Source: Octopus sinensis (Eukaryota). From it: 64,000 bases of DNA. Below are positions 27,170-40,152 of this stretch, in pieces (position 1 is the stretch's first letter; each line of letters starts with the position of its first letter). The stretch is taken from the NCBI RefSeq assembly GCF_006345805.1, contig NC_043015.1, positions 11,966,001 through 12,030,000 of the forward strand, written 5' to 3'. Below the pieces are notes generated by a model. It saw nothing but the letters and a program-made list of their open reading frames with translations, was not told the DNA's origin and made no database searches. A program made the position numbers and the translations under genes.

Positions 27170-27227
27170 GAGAGGGCATTCAACTTTATAAACACCTTCT
27201 ATTTGTATGTATATGCTTGTCCAAATG
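27170..27227 (+). CDS. candidate micro-exon (ERAFNFINTFYLYVYACPNG)
   Basis: Strong donor G|GTAAGC at 27228, weak acceptor; phase-compatible with 26428-26521. Confidence 0.2.
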
Positions 27228-28703
27228 GTAAGCCGTAACGAGCCCATAAATTAAACCACAAGCAGATGCATGCGGCAAAATATATATGAATAGCTTAAGT
27301 TAGAACAGCAAGAATATTAATATTATTACGTTATCTAATCTGTGTGCAGTTGATATAACTTTAAACTTGGTAATATAGAATATAGGTCGAAAGAACATAA
27401 GATAATGCTATAAATTTTAGCAACTGGAATTTTCACAGTTATACAAATGGACGCAGGTGTAGCTGTGTGGTTAAGATTTTCGCTTCGAAATACATGCTTA
27501 TGAGTTCGATCCCGGTGCGTTGGGCATGTTTTGTTTTTTTTTTATTATAGCATTGAGTCGACCATAGCCTTGCAAATGTAGTTTCAGTAGGAAAGCTGGG
27601 TCAAGGTTATTTCTGTTGTTCAGTGATATAGATAATCCGACGCCATGTTTAACAGAACCCCCTAGCTATAGGTTGTGTTTGGCAGGAGTAAGCGTTGGGA
27701 TCCAGATCTTCAAAAGCTAAGACAGTCTAGCAAATACATTCCATCTTTTCAGAGATATAAAGGACTACATTATCTAGTGTATCAGTTTCTTGTTTAGGGT
27801 GTGATCTGAGTGAGATGTGCTTACTATTTCTAGATGGATTTTTTTATTTATTCATTCAGTGATTTTAAGCAGTTTCATACATTTATATATTTATGAGACT
27901 GTGGTTAAGGAAACACTTCCTTTTTATTGTAATCTAACCATTTTTTCATACAGATAAACAGATGCTTTCTAACAGGGAACTGTTTAAATACGGATATGTC
28001 TTTGCTAGCACGAGGTTCCAGGTTCGATTTCACTCCACGGCACCTGGAACATGTTTTGTCTTCTACAATAACTTTAGTCGACGAAAGCACGTGAGTGAAA
28101 TTTGATAGACGAAAATTATGTTGAATCCCATCGAAGGGGCTGCTCCTCTTCTTGAGCAGAATACAATGTTTCCACCATCTGTCTTTTTGAGTTGCCTTTA
28201 GTAGTGTCCATCTGACTGCAAGCATTTACAAAAGGCCGCCTATTCGAAATCAAAGCCCTCATTTCCTCTCCTCAAACACAGAGACATGCAGGAAGGCTCA
28301 TCAGTGAAGGCTGTTCTCCTCTGGTTACGACATTTGAAATATCAAATAGGGATTAAAACGTTTATTCGGTTATTGAAAATGATGTTACTTGGAAGTGAGA
28401 GTTGGGTCCCAGGCGGAGACCAAAGCAGACGAACTATCCCTAAAAGTGTGACGTGTTTTCCCCGTCAAAAGTGCTACCCCTTCCTGACATCTCATACACC
28501 CTACAATGCTAGCAACCATGGTTTTTTTATTATGCAGCAATGAGAAAGAAACTGATGTTATGAATCGTTTGATTAGAATGTTTGGCACATCACATTTACA
28601 ATATCTCTTTCATATTCTTGGAAAAAGGAAGATCTATATTTTTACCTAATGAGATTAATCTACAATTATGATGACGTTGGGATGATATTCATGGTTTATT
28701 TAT

Positions 28704-29395
28704 CACGGCACCCCGACAATTTCGTGCATGGCAATTCAGCGCCGACAATTCCACACATGACAACTCGGCGCAAAGACAATTCTCTTGGATCATTCTTCTC
28801 GGGACATCATTAAATGTATCAGCCCTCTCAAGAATATTTGAAAGCATTGTTGATATTGCTAACTGTGGGACATGACTATGTTCCATAACATTTTCCCATA
28901 AACTTTCATCAACATGGATACGACCTTTGCATTTATATTCAGTACAACGCCAAGGCTGTTTTCTATCTAAAAGATAGCAAAATCCATTTAATAAAATGTT
29001 CTCATGCCCTTTCTCAGATAAAATCCGCTCCATCTCGTTTTTTTCTTCTGTTTTTAGATTAGTAATTGTTTGTAACCAACTGGAATACTAAAAAGGAAAA
29101 AATACCATCCTAAGTTTGCAAAATAACATTATTGATATGGTATACTCGTATCACTAGAAAAATGGTTTTTGGACTATTAACAAGTGAACACGCTTTCGCT
29201 TATTCAATGGTTGTTAGTGGTAACAATCTAAAACATTACTATTTATTCACAAAGTTGAACAGTTTAGAAATTTTGAAAACAAAATAAATTTAATTAAATT
29301 TCATTTACACACAAACACGATGCGTTGAATTGTCTTTGCGCTGAATTGCCGGCGCTAACTTGTCATGCACAGAATTGTCGGTTCAAGATTTGTCA
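28704..29395 (-). mobile_element. MULE-like non-autonomous element with FLYWCH remnant and subrepeat TIRs
   Basis: ORF 28689-29033 SEKGHENILLNGFCY...WRCTEYKCKGRIH...HSH.P (FLYWCH-like); inverted arrays of GACAATT.GGCG-type units at about 28710-28782 and 29326-29382. Confidence 0.75.
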
Positions 29396-29489
29396 TACAG
29401 TAGAACCCTAAGATCCTGACTTCAACAATGTAACAGTATAGAATGATTCATTCAAATTGTGACACAAGGTTAACAATAAGGAAGGAAGA

Positions 29490-30267
29490 ATGAAGTCAAT
29501 TATATCGACCAGTGCTCAAGTGATACTTATTTTATCAACCCCGAAAGCATGAACGACAAAGTCGACCTCGGCGGTATTTTAAGTCAGATAGTAAAGAGCC
29601 GAAAGAAATATCGCTATACATTTTAGCCTCCACAGTAACGATTATGTTAACTTGCCGCCTTACTACGTCTACCAATGTTCCTTCTTATTATAGGCACCGG
29701 GCCTGGAATTTTGACCTCAATCTTCGACTGGTACTTACTTTATCAACCTTCAAAGGATAAAAGACAAATCGACCTCGGCAGAATTTGAACTCAGAAAGCA
29801 AAGACGGACAAAATGTTGCTAAGCATTTTATCCAGCGTGCTAACGTTTCTTATTTCTTTAATGCCCACAAGGGGCTAAACATAGAGGGGACAAACAAGAA
29901 CAGACAAACGAATTAAGTCGATTACATCGACCCCAGTGCGTAACTGGTACTTAATTTATCGACCCCGAAAGGATGAAAGGTAATGTTGACCTCGGCGGAA
30001 TTTGAACTCAGAACGTAACGACAGACAAAATACCTATTTCTTTACTACCCACAAGGGGCTAAACACAGAGAGTACAAACAAGGACAGAGAAACGGATTAA
30101 GTCGTTTATATCGACCCCAGTGCGTAACTGGTACTTATTTAATCGACCCCGAAAGGAGAAAAGGCAAAGTCGACTTCGACGGAATTTGAACTAAGAACGT
30201 AGCGGCAGACGAAATACCACTAAGCATTTCGTCCGGCGTGCTAACGTTTCTGCCAGCTTGCCGTCCT
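29490..30267 (-). mobile_element. cluster of about four tandem SINE family A units
   Basis: GTCGACCTCGGCGGAATTTGAAC-type core recurs near 29560, 29770, 29990 and 30170. Confidence 0.9.
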
Positions 30268-31364
30268 ACTACATCTATTAATTATAATAATCATTGTTTC
30301 TAACATAGGCTCAAGGCTAGAATTTTGTAAGTGAAAAATTTAGTCGATTAAACCATCTTCATTCTTGACTGGTACTATATTTGATAGAACTCGAAAATAA
30401 CTAACGTCAAAGTTGACCACGGCAAGATTAGATGTATAAAGAGCGGAAACAAGTATCGCAAACCGATTTCTTTTTCCGACGCTGCAACGTTACTACGAAT
30501 CCACTACTTTTCTCTTTAATTTCTAATTTACACAAAAGTTCTTGACATTTGGGGTGGAAAGTTTTTTCGATTAATTCAATACTAGTGCCTGAGTGGTACT
30601 TTATTTTATCGATTCCATAAGGTTGAAGAACTGACTGACTTGAACATAGCAAGATTTGAACATAGAGCGTAAAGAGCCTGAATAAATACCACAAGGTATT
30701 GTCCTTCCAACACTTTAGTGATTCTTCCAATTCACTGCCTTTATAATCATTTCTAGTTTCGGCTCCAGGCCAATAATTCTTTGTGTGGATGGAGTGGATC
30801 AGTGCAGTAAATCGACTTGACTGACACTCTTTATTATTGAACCCTGGATGAATGAAAGGAAAAGATGCCTTCGGTGGGCTCTTAACTCAAAATACAAAGA
30901 ATTGTAATTAAATGTCACAAGGTATTCTTCTAGTACACTTACCCTCTATAAAACAATGATAATTTTAAACATTATTCCTATCTACCATCGTCCACTGTGT
31001 AGTAGACATCATAGGCCATCGACTAAATATTTAATTAAAGTAAATTATAAATTTGATACTTTTGTATAATGCAATTGCTCTTTAAAGGAAACTTGATAGT
31101 ATAATAAACTGAAATGATTGCCTTCTATAAAGTTAATACTATAATATAATGGAATGAACGCTTTCTATAAATATGATACTATAATATGTAATTTTGCGAA
31201 AGTGAAAGTTGGTGCTGTTAGTATAATGTAAATGAAGTGCAAATATTCTACAGGGGCGGTTGATAACGAGGAAGAAAAGAACGGAATAATTCCATTATTG
31301 CTTTTTAATGGAAGGGAAATTATTAATAATAGATATAAATATTAGATATTAGGTATTAAGTCTA

Positions 31365-31565
31365 GCAAAATCGTTAGTACGCCAAACAAAGTGCTTAACG
31401 GCATTTCTTCTGTGTTTACGTTCTGAGTTCCAATTCCGCCGAGGTGGAATTTGCCTTCCATCTTTCCAGAGTCGATAAAATAAGTACCAGTTGATCATTG
31501 GAGTCATGTAATCGACTTAAACCCTCTTCCTAAATTGCTGGCCTTGTGCCATAATTTGAAAGCAA
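31365..31565 (+). mobile_element. SINE family A copy
   Basis: B box and core present. Confidence 0.8.
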
Positions 31566-31789
31566 TATTTTACTACCACTGCTGCTAATACTATGGTGGT
31601 GGTTGCGGCGGCCGCCATGTTGATGAGGGTGCTGCTGCTGCTACTGCCGGTGACGTTATACTGGGCAGCATGTTACATTGTCCTCCTCTTTTTCATCTTC
31701 ACCATTTCTTACTCCTACATTTATTTTCAGTGTTTCCATTCTTTCTACTCCTCTATCTCTTTTCTCTTACTTCTTATTCTTATTCTTAT

Positions 31790-31920
<131 letters not shown>

Positions 31921-32104
31921 TCTTTCTCTCTTATTTTTTACTTTCACACTACTCTTCTTCCCTTTCCATCTTTTTTCTTTCTTGCTTTTTGTCCGAGCCA
32001 TTTATATATATATAGTTAATCCAAATAAGAAAGCACAAAAAAACACAACAACGCGAGGACGTGGAACAAATATAGTATTATTGGACGCTCAGGAAAGAAG
32101 GAGG

Positions 32105-32139
32105 GTTTAACGTTTCGAGCGGAGCTCTTCGTCGGAAAC
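32105..32139 (-). ncRNA. minimal hammerhead-like motif (U4C variant) in a short element at about 32010-32182
   Basis: GUUU-CCGACGA-A-GAGC(UCC)GCUC-GAAA-C-GUU-AAAC; downstream TGAGCG...TAATAC shared with the 55.4 and 58.9 kb copies. Confidence 0.6.
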
Positions 32140-32220
32140 ATAGGAGAAGGAAAGATCCAGAGAAGGGAAGACAAAGGAATATATATATTATTTATTTAGG
32201 AAGTTCAAATTTATGGTCGG

Positions 32221-32360
32221 TCATAGAGTGACCATTAGTTTCGCATCTATAAAATGCTTAGCAGTGTAGATGACTCGTCAGTCCTTCAGCCATTTGAGTC
32301 TGACATGTTACCTATACTGCTAAGCGCTTTATAGGTGCGAAACCAATGGTCACTCTATGA
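32221..32360. mobile_element. 140-bp palindromic element (MITE-like hairpin)
   Basis: Arms 32221-32269 and 32312-32360 are reverse complements with about 5 mismatches. Confidence 0.75.
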
Positions 32361-33289
32361 TCGGGCAGCGAAATTTTTTACCACGTGAGTTCCGGAACCC
32401 AGTTATGAACTCATTTGCATAAAGCCAATGAGAGCTCAACTATCAAACTAATTTATGAGTGTATAACAAGTGATGGGCGATAACATAAGGTCACTTGTGT
32501 AGGGAATGACCATGCTTCTTTACTCTTTTAATCATGCTTGCTGTTCTTGTTTCAACCATGGCTGCCTCTGCGTAATTATTTGTACTGTTGTTTACTTTGT
32601 AAAACAGTAAAGGGAGAGGGTTGCTAGCACATCACCCTCTACCCACATTTTTCCCTTCCACATCTTTACCATCTGGGACCCTAACAAAGTCCGATAATAG
32701 GTATAAATGTAAATCTGTCTAACTACTTGTCTCCTTCTGAAATCAGGCATAACTTGGCGGTCGGTCGACTTACAACACCGTTCTTCGTTCTGAGTGTACT
32801 TGGTAGAGTGTGTTTTACCAATAGATTGCGTCTAGGCATAATCTGAGAGCTAAACGGCACCTTTCCTTTCATACTTTTCAAACAATCCTTCAACTGTCTC
32901 CCAGCACCAATGCGGTTTCTGCCACCACCAACCATCTTTCTCCTGGATCCTGCAGTTGGTTGCACACCAATTGTCTTCATACTGACTAGAGATTTTCATT
33001 TGTGGGAAAAAAAAATTTCGTACTAGAGAGTTTCGTTTTTTCTTGCCAAGAGCACGTGCCACTCGAGAATACCGACCAAAGCAGTGAAGCGCGGAAGCTA
33101 ACGCAGTATGTGTTCCGGAAGTTGCTTGGTGAATTTTTCGCTGGTCCCCCAAGGAATTCTTTGCCTTAAACATAATTTTATTGTAAAGCAAGAAAAGCTT
33201 TGTTTAACCCATTCCTTATTGAGTCACTTCCATCCTCAACACTTGATTTTAATGTGCAACCACGTGTATCACAATTTTGGCGTGTATCG

Positions 33290-33750
33290 AATTGGTTTTG
33301 AAGAGAGCGTTGCAAGTGTAAAGTTTCAAGCAGTTGATTTGTCACATCAAAAACATCAAAAGCTCCACGAGGCTCCGGCAGAGGGTGGTGGTGAACCCTG
33401 CTGTACTCTTTCACCACGACTTTCTTTCACTCTTTCTTCCTGTTTCTGTTGTACCTGTATTTCAAAGGGCCAGCCTTGTCACACTCTGTGCCACGTTGAA
33501 TCTCCCCGAGAACTACGTTAAGGATACACATGTCTGTGGAGTGCTCAGCCTTTTGCACATAAATAATTGAGCTGCGACGTCACTGGTGCCAAGCTGTATC
33601 GGCCTTTGCCTTTCCCTTGGATAACATCGGTGGCGTGGGGAGGGGAGGCCAGTATGCATGGGCGACTGCTGGTCTTCCATAAACAAGCTTTCCCAAACTT
33701 GTGCCTCGGAAGGTAACTTTCTAGGTGCAATCCCATGGTCATTCATGACC
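33290..33750 (+). mobile_element. SINE family C variant with a different 3' tail
   Basis: Body matches the reverse complement of 14617-14998 up to GAGTGCTCAGCC, then diverges; tail resembles 3176-3225. Confidence 0.75.
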
Positions 33751-33767
33751 GAAGGGGGTTACAAAAA

Positions 33768-33802
<35 letters not shown>

Positions 33803-33829
33803 ATACAACGTTGACCTATGAAATATAAA

Positions 33830-35760
33830 CCATTGAATGTGCGCATAATACGAAAATCTCTTGACAAGTTTGGAGCGGTGGGTTTCACATGATGAGCCAG
33901 GTATCATCTTAGCTTTAAATCTCTTAGTGATTAGACGTTAATGTATATGTCTGGTGATTCTTTGCAGGCTTCATGAATTATCTGGCTTGTGCGCGTATTT
34001 GGTAAACCCTAGAAAAGACTAGGTTTATATTTAAAATTTCCCACATATTCGATTGCTTTGTCCGTCAGACGTTTTCTATATTGGTGAAGAAAGGATAAAA
34101 GAATTTTTTCATTATTTTCTGTTGATTATAGTTTTCAGCCTTTTCGTAGTAATAATCGTTTTTTTACCATGAACAATACTAGGTCTCTGTAGTATTCTGT
34201 GTCCATCAGTATTTCGGCACTTCCTTTATTCCCTTCTTTAATTGTCAATTATTTATCATTTTGCAATTCAGTTTAGATTTTCCATTCAGTAGTGCTGAGG
34301 TTTGAGTTACTTCTTAGTGTGTGTAAAGTATCAGAAGAAAAATTAGGAATGTGATCACAAAAGTTATCGAATATTCTGTTCCTAGGTGGAAGATAATTGC
34401 TTTTGTTTTTAGCAAGTGACTCAACGTCGTTATTATAGTTACTGCCTTTGTAGGTTGTAATTTTCTGCAAAATTCCTTAATATTGCTATTGATTTCATTG
34501 TGATTTTAGATCTGTGTAGAGTTTGGATAAATTTTAGTCTTTTTGCTTTTATGCTGATTTTAGTTATTGAAAACGTTTTCTTTGATAAACTTATTTAATT
34601 TTTCTTGTATATTTTTGTTCCAACGCGCGTCCCTGTTTCACTGTACTGAGTCAAAATAAATCGTTTCTTGTAATTACGTTGATTCGGATTGTCAGTCTCA
34701 GTAAATATATATTTCAATTGTTAGAAAACTGCATCTGCTGTCTAATTATATTAGATGTATTTACGTGTTTCGAGTTCCTTCACTGAGAATTAAATATATT
34801 CCCTTTAGTGCTTCTCACTGCTGAAAGGAAACAGATATCCCTAACATTGAGATGACTTATTCTAGTCATCCTAATTACTGAGTTGTCTCTATTTCGGGTT
34901 TGAGAACGTTTTACTTCCAAAAGTGAGGTTGATTTTGTGTGATTCTGTTCTTTTTAATTGTCTACAATTTGACCTAATTGATTGTTTAATCATTTCTACA
35001 TGGGATTTCATCCTCGTTTTCTTTCAAAATGGATTATCGGGACTATATTCTGTTTCGAACTGGTTTTCATGATTATCGAAAAAAAAAACATTACATTTTT
35101 CCCCCAACGTTGAAAGAAATTTATTTCGTCAGATTCACTAATTTCTTTCTATAGTCTGAGAACATTTTCCAAAAGATGTCCATCAATATGTTTAATGAGT
35201 GCGATATGTATTTCTTCATCACTGATTTTATCTTTTTGTTCATTGCTTGATACTCTTAGTTCAAATAATTCAATTTCAATTTCTGTTTTCATTTTCTCTA
35301 ACGCTAATTTCTCCTTCAGTTGTCTTTGATGTTCAGGTTCTTCTGGAATTGGTTTTATCTGTAGTTTGCGTGGAAGGACTGACGCTCTTGAGTTCATGCA
35401 TCGCTTATATATTTCTGCTTTGTTATTTTTTAGCATCTTCAAATTTTGTAGTGTTTAAATTTTTGTTCCAAATATGACTAATATGGCTTTTAATTATGAC
35501 GTGGTTGGTTCTTTTCATTACGGGATTCGTATTTGTTTTTAGTGAGCGAAGGAGGCGATGTTATCTTTTTCAATTTTGTTTATAAAAATTTAATTTAAGG
35601 TTGGGCATAATTTTGACAAACCTGTTCCGCAGACTCAATTCTTTCTTCACTTTCAGCAATTTAATTCATCGATTTTGTTAATTAGTATGGCCAGATCTGA
35701 GTTAATCTCTTTTAATTCCTTCAGAATGCTTTCGTTGGTTATTTTATCCAATGTGTTGGA
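33830..35760 (-). mobile_element. Penelope-like element ORF relic (N-terminal region and start of RT)
   Basis: Decayed translation LPPRNR...SNLSTTEWK...LTIKEGNKGSAEILMDTEYY...KPSLF.GLP... corresponds to the PLE motifs IIK.ADKG.AVVIMD and FYGLPKIHK. Confidence 0.8.
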
Positions 35761-36502
35761 TTTCGGTTGCATTTTCAGACCCACGTTTGATGTATAATAG
35801 TGAAAAGGTTCGATAGAAAAATTTCTACGAGGTGAATTACAGTGAAAATTATAAAAATAAATATATACAGAAATTTTATGTTGGACAAAGTATATAACAT
35901 ATATATATATATATATATATATGATGTATGTTTTTATTAAATAAAGTATTTAACCGGTTTCGCTTGTACTAATCAAGACTAAGCAGTTTATTATTAGGCT
36001 ACGATTTCACGCAATCATAAGTTTTTATTGTATGTTAATTTTAGGAAGGATATTTTATAAATGCATCAGGAGGCAAATGAATTTTAGGGGAGGTAATCAA
36101 TGTGTCTAATGTTGTGATAACCTGCGCTGCGATAAATAGGAAACTGCACCGTGAAATAACTCCAAACAACTGAGATATTTTGAACATCGTTATCTGTAAT
36201 TTGATACAATGAAGTGTTTCCTAAGGATCTAGCAGCATCTATCGCAGGGCTCCAAGCGACCATAATGGTGAAATGCGAGTAAGAATTTTAATACAACCCT
36301 GTGTTTGTCCTTATTTTGCCTACATTTGATCCATAACTTAGAAGTTACTTAACAACTATACAGAAAGTTAACTGAATCATGAAAATCTAATTGGAGCTCT
36401 AAACATAACAGTAGCAGTGATACTTAATACATAATTTCTACTATCCATATATCCAGCTAGTTAGCTGGATATATGTATAGTAGATATGTATATATCTATC
36501 TG

Positions 36503-36504
36503 AT

Positions 36505-36567
<63 letters not shown>

Positions 36568-36611
36568 GTAGGTAGGTAGGTAGGTAGGTAGGTAGGTAGT
36601 AGGTAGGTAGG

Positions 36612-36654
<43 letters not shown>

Positions 36655-36727
36655 GTAGGTAGGTAGGTAGGTAGGTAGGTAGGTATGTACGTAGGTAGGT
36701 AGGTAGGTAGGTAGGTAGGTAGGTAGG

Positions 36728-36825
<98 letters not shown>
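36503..36825. repeat. (GATA)n/(GGTA)n block
   Basis: Read directly. Confidence 0.95.
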
Positions 36826-37035
36826 TACTAGTTATCAAATCGAAAATCTATTCACAACGAATTTAAATTATTTTAGTTTTACTTCATTCCCGCTGCTACT
36901 ATGCAATTTGAGCCTTTATTGTAACATTCTAACAACGATTCAGGCATTTTATATATATTCAGAGGTTTTATTCGTTTTAGCTGCTGTTTGCAACATGTAT
37001 AACACTCGTTCAACTAATTTACAGCTGCGAAACAC

Positions 37036-37090
37036 ATGTCGGAGTCGTTGTTGATATATTGGCAAGTGTTTGCTTTTTGGTTGGCTTCAG
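37036..37090 (+). CDS. candidate signal-peptide exon (MSESLLIYWQVFAFWLAS)
   Basis: Branch-like CTAAT and acceptor TTACAG at 37024, ATG at 37036, donor CAG|GTAATG at 37091 (phase 1). Confidence 0.3.
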
Positions 37091-38076
37091 GTAATGACAT
37101 ACATGATTTGAGAAGAACGAAGTTGAAGGAGGAAGATGAGAATGGGCTAAAAACACGTACGAACAAGCTATGAGATTTTCTCCAGAACACACAATGATGC
37201 TTTCAACGTAACAACCAACGAAAAGTATCACATTTTTTTCATTTGCTTTCTATTTTTCCCTTTTAATACGGAATTGAATCCAATAAGAAATCGAAGGACA
37301 TTATCATAAGTATAACATGATTTTCGAAACAAACAACAAGAATGACGTCAAAAAATATATAACCAAAACCCACGAAAATATGAAGGTTTATATTTTTATA
37401 ATTTTCATATTCTTCAACCTTTTTTTTTTGTTTGTTTGTTTTCATCGTTGAAAATGCATATTACAAATTAATTCCGGTCGTTGGCAAAATAATATCTAGT
37501 TCATTCTAAGGTTTTTATTTATTTGATTATTTATTTTATGTTATGCTTTTTCATTCTCTTATTAAAACCTTAGGCGTGACAAACAAGGATTTTGCATAAT
37601 GAAAACAAAGAAAAACATACAGATATATAACACATAATGTCGAAAATTAAATATTTATATTCCTATACAGCGCACGGTGTGGCTTATATAACAGCCATAT
37701 TTGTTTGTCCACTCATTATTATGCTTTATCTCTTCTTTTCCCTGTATTTTCACGAGGTCTATATTTTTTAAGTGTTTGTATTTTGTCAACGCGCAAAATA
37801 AAATCTACGTGGAAACAAAAACACACAGAAACACACACATGCGTAGCACGTACATGTCGATGTATACGAACATATACATATACATACATATGTAAATCTA
37901 TTAATATGTATATATAGTATATATATTTACAAATATATATGTGTGTATATATATATTTCATATATATATGTGTGTGTATATATATATATATTATATATAT
38001 ATGTTAATAAAATAGAACATATGCATATATATAAACATATATGTACGTACCTACCTCTACATGTACATATACACGC

Positions 38077-38135
<59 letters not shown>

Positions 38136-38259
38136 GTGAATCGCACTTAAATCTATTTGCTGCAATAAAAAGAAAGCTTAGCTATACGTATACAAATATA
38201 ATGGTGTACATACATATGCCTATATAAATATGTATATATATGCATATATATATATAATA

Positions 38260-38314
<55 letters not shown>

Positions 38315-38769
38315 GTAAGTATGAGTGTGTATGTATATATATATATATACTATTATACATAGATAAATATATATATTTGTGTGTGTGCGTATGTTATATA
38401 TAGAGAGAGCGGTGAATCTCACTTAAATCTATTTGGCGCAATAAAAGGAAAGCTTAGCTATACGTATACAAATTACATATTTAAAATGCCTGTATACATG
38501 TATTATGTATACCAAATTCTAATTTATTGAGCTAAATAGATTTAACTGTGAGGTATTTTATATATCAATATTCTGCAATAGAAAATATTCTTATCTCTTT
38601 TTATTGAGTTCGGTAAAACTCCAAACTCCTTTACGTATGAAGTATTTTCTTGCCAACGTGACAAATATTCTTTTCGGGATATTTACACACTCACAAACAC
38701 ACACACACACATACACTTAATATACATATACATATATTTCCCCCAGTTTCTTCTTTCTCTTTCTCTCTT

Positions 38770-39290
38770 CTAAGTTTGCTTCCCAACCACATGGTTCTGC
38801 GTTCAGTCCCACTGTATGAATCTTGGCCAAGTGTCTTCTATTATAGCCTCAGAACTACAAAAGCTTTGTGAGTAGATTTGGTAGATAGAAACCGAAAGAA
38901 GCCCGTCAAAGTGACGAGCTGGCAGAATCGTGAGCACGCCAGGCGATATACATTGTGGTATTTTATCCACCGTTCTGAGTTCAAATTCTACCGAGGTCGA
39001 CTTTGCCTTTCATCCTTTCGGGGTCGATAAAATTAAGTACCAGTTACGCACTGGGGTCGATGTAATCGACTTAATCCCTTTGTCTGTCCTTGTTTGTTCT
39101 CTCTATGTTTAGCCCCTTGTGGGCAATAAAGAAATAAGAAACTGAAAGAAGCCCGTCGTATTGTGGGTTTTTGTGTGTGTGTATGTGTGTGTGCGTGTTG
39201 GTGTGTTTACGTTCCGTAACTTGGCGGTTCGATTAAAGAAACCAAAATAATAAGTACCAGGCCTAAAAAGTGTACTGCAGTCGATTAATC
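38770..39290 (+). mobile_element. SINE family B interrupted by SINE family A (38910-39138)
   Basis: Direct repeat GAAAC(C/T)GAAAGAAGCCCGTC at about 38889 and 39139 flanks the inner SINE. Confidence 0.85.
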
Positions 39291-39422
39291 TGAAATGAGC
39301 AAATAGAAAAGCAACATACCTTTAATGAATAAATACCACAAATAAAAAACAGATGATCTCATATCAATTGATATCTGGCCCGGCTAATGAAGGCTTGGCC
39401 TTAATCAGTGATGTATGTATAT

Positions 39423-39476
<54 letters not shown>

Positions 39477-39526
39477 CTGTGTGTGTGTGTGTGTGTGGTG
39501 TGTGTGTGTGTGTGTGTGTGTGTATG

Positions 39527-39566
<40 letters not shown>

Positions 39567-39607
39567 GTGTGTGTGTGTGTGTGTGTGGTGTGTGTGTGTG
39601 TATGTAT

Positions 39608-39656
<49 letters not shown>

Positions 39657-40152
39657 CTATTTATTTAAGCAGCTAAGGATAACCCTGCATTTAAATTAAT
39701 GAAATTATTGCATTGTTCAGTTAAATGGAGCCGATTGAAACGGTCGTACTGCATCACCACTTGATATCCTGTTGCTCATTTTGATTATACATATATGTGT
39801 GTCTGTGTACGTACGTACGTACATACATACATACATACATACATACATACATACATACATACATACATACATACATAAAAACATTTATATATTCATACAT
39901 ATACACGGGGCCAATCACTTGATCATTTCACTATGTGCATTTTGACCAAAGGCTGCCACAGTAAACACAATGATCGGAGTGCATAAAACAAGTCTAAGAA
40001 ATATAAAGGAATATAATTATTATTAAAAATAATGATAATACTATCAGTGACTTGCATGCATTAAAAACTGGAGAGGTAGAAATTAATATAAAATTATAAT
40101 TATATCTCTTCCTTATGCAAGATGCTTGATGTGAATTTGTGTGTTGAAACAG

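Noticed and set aside
28290-28315. CUGAUGAG on the minus strand
   Set aside because: No closing stem II or GAAA follows.
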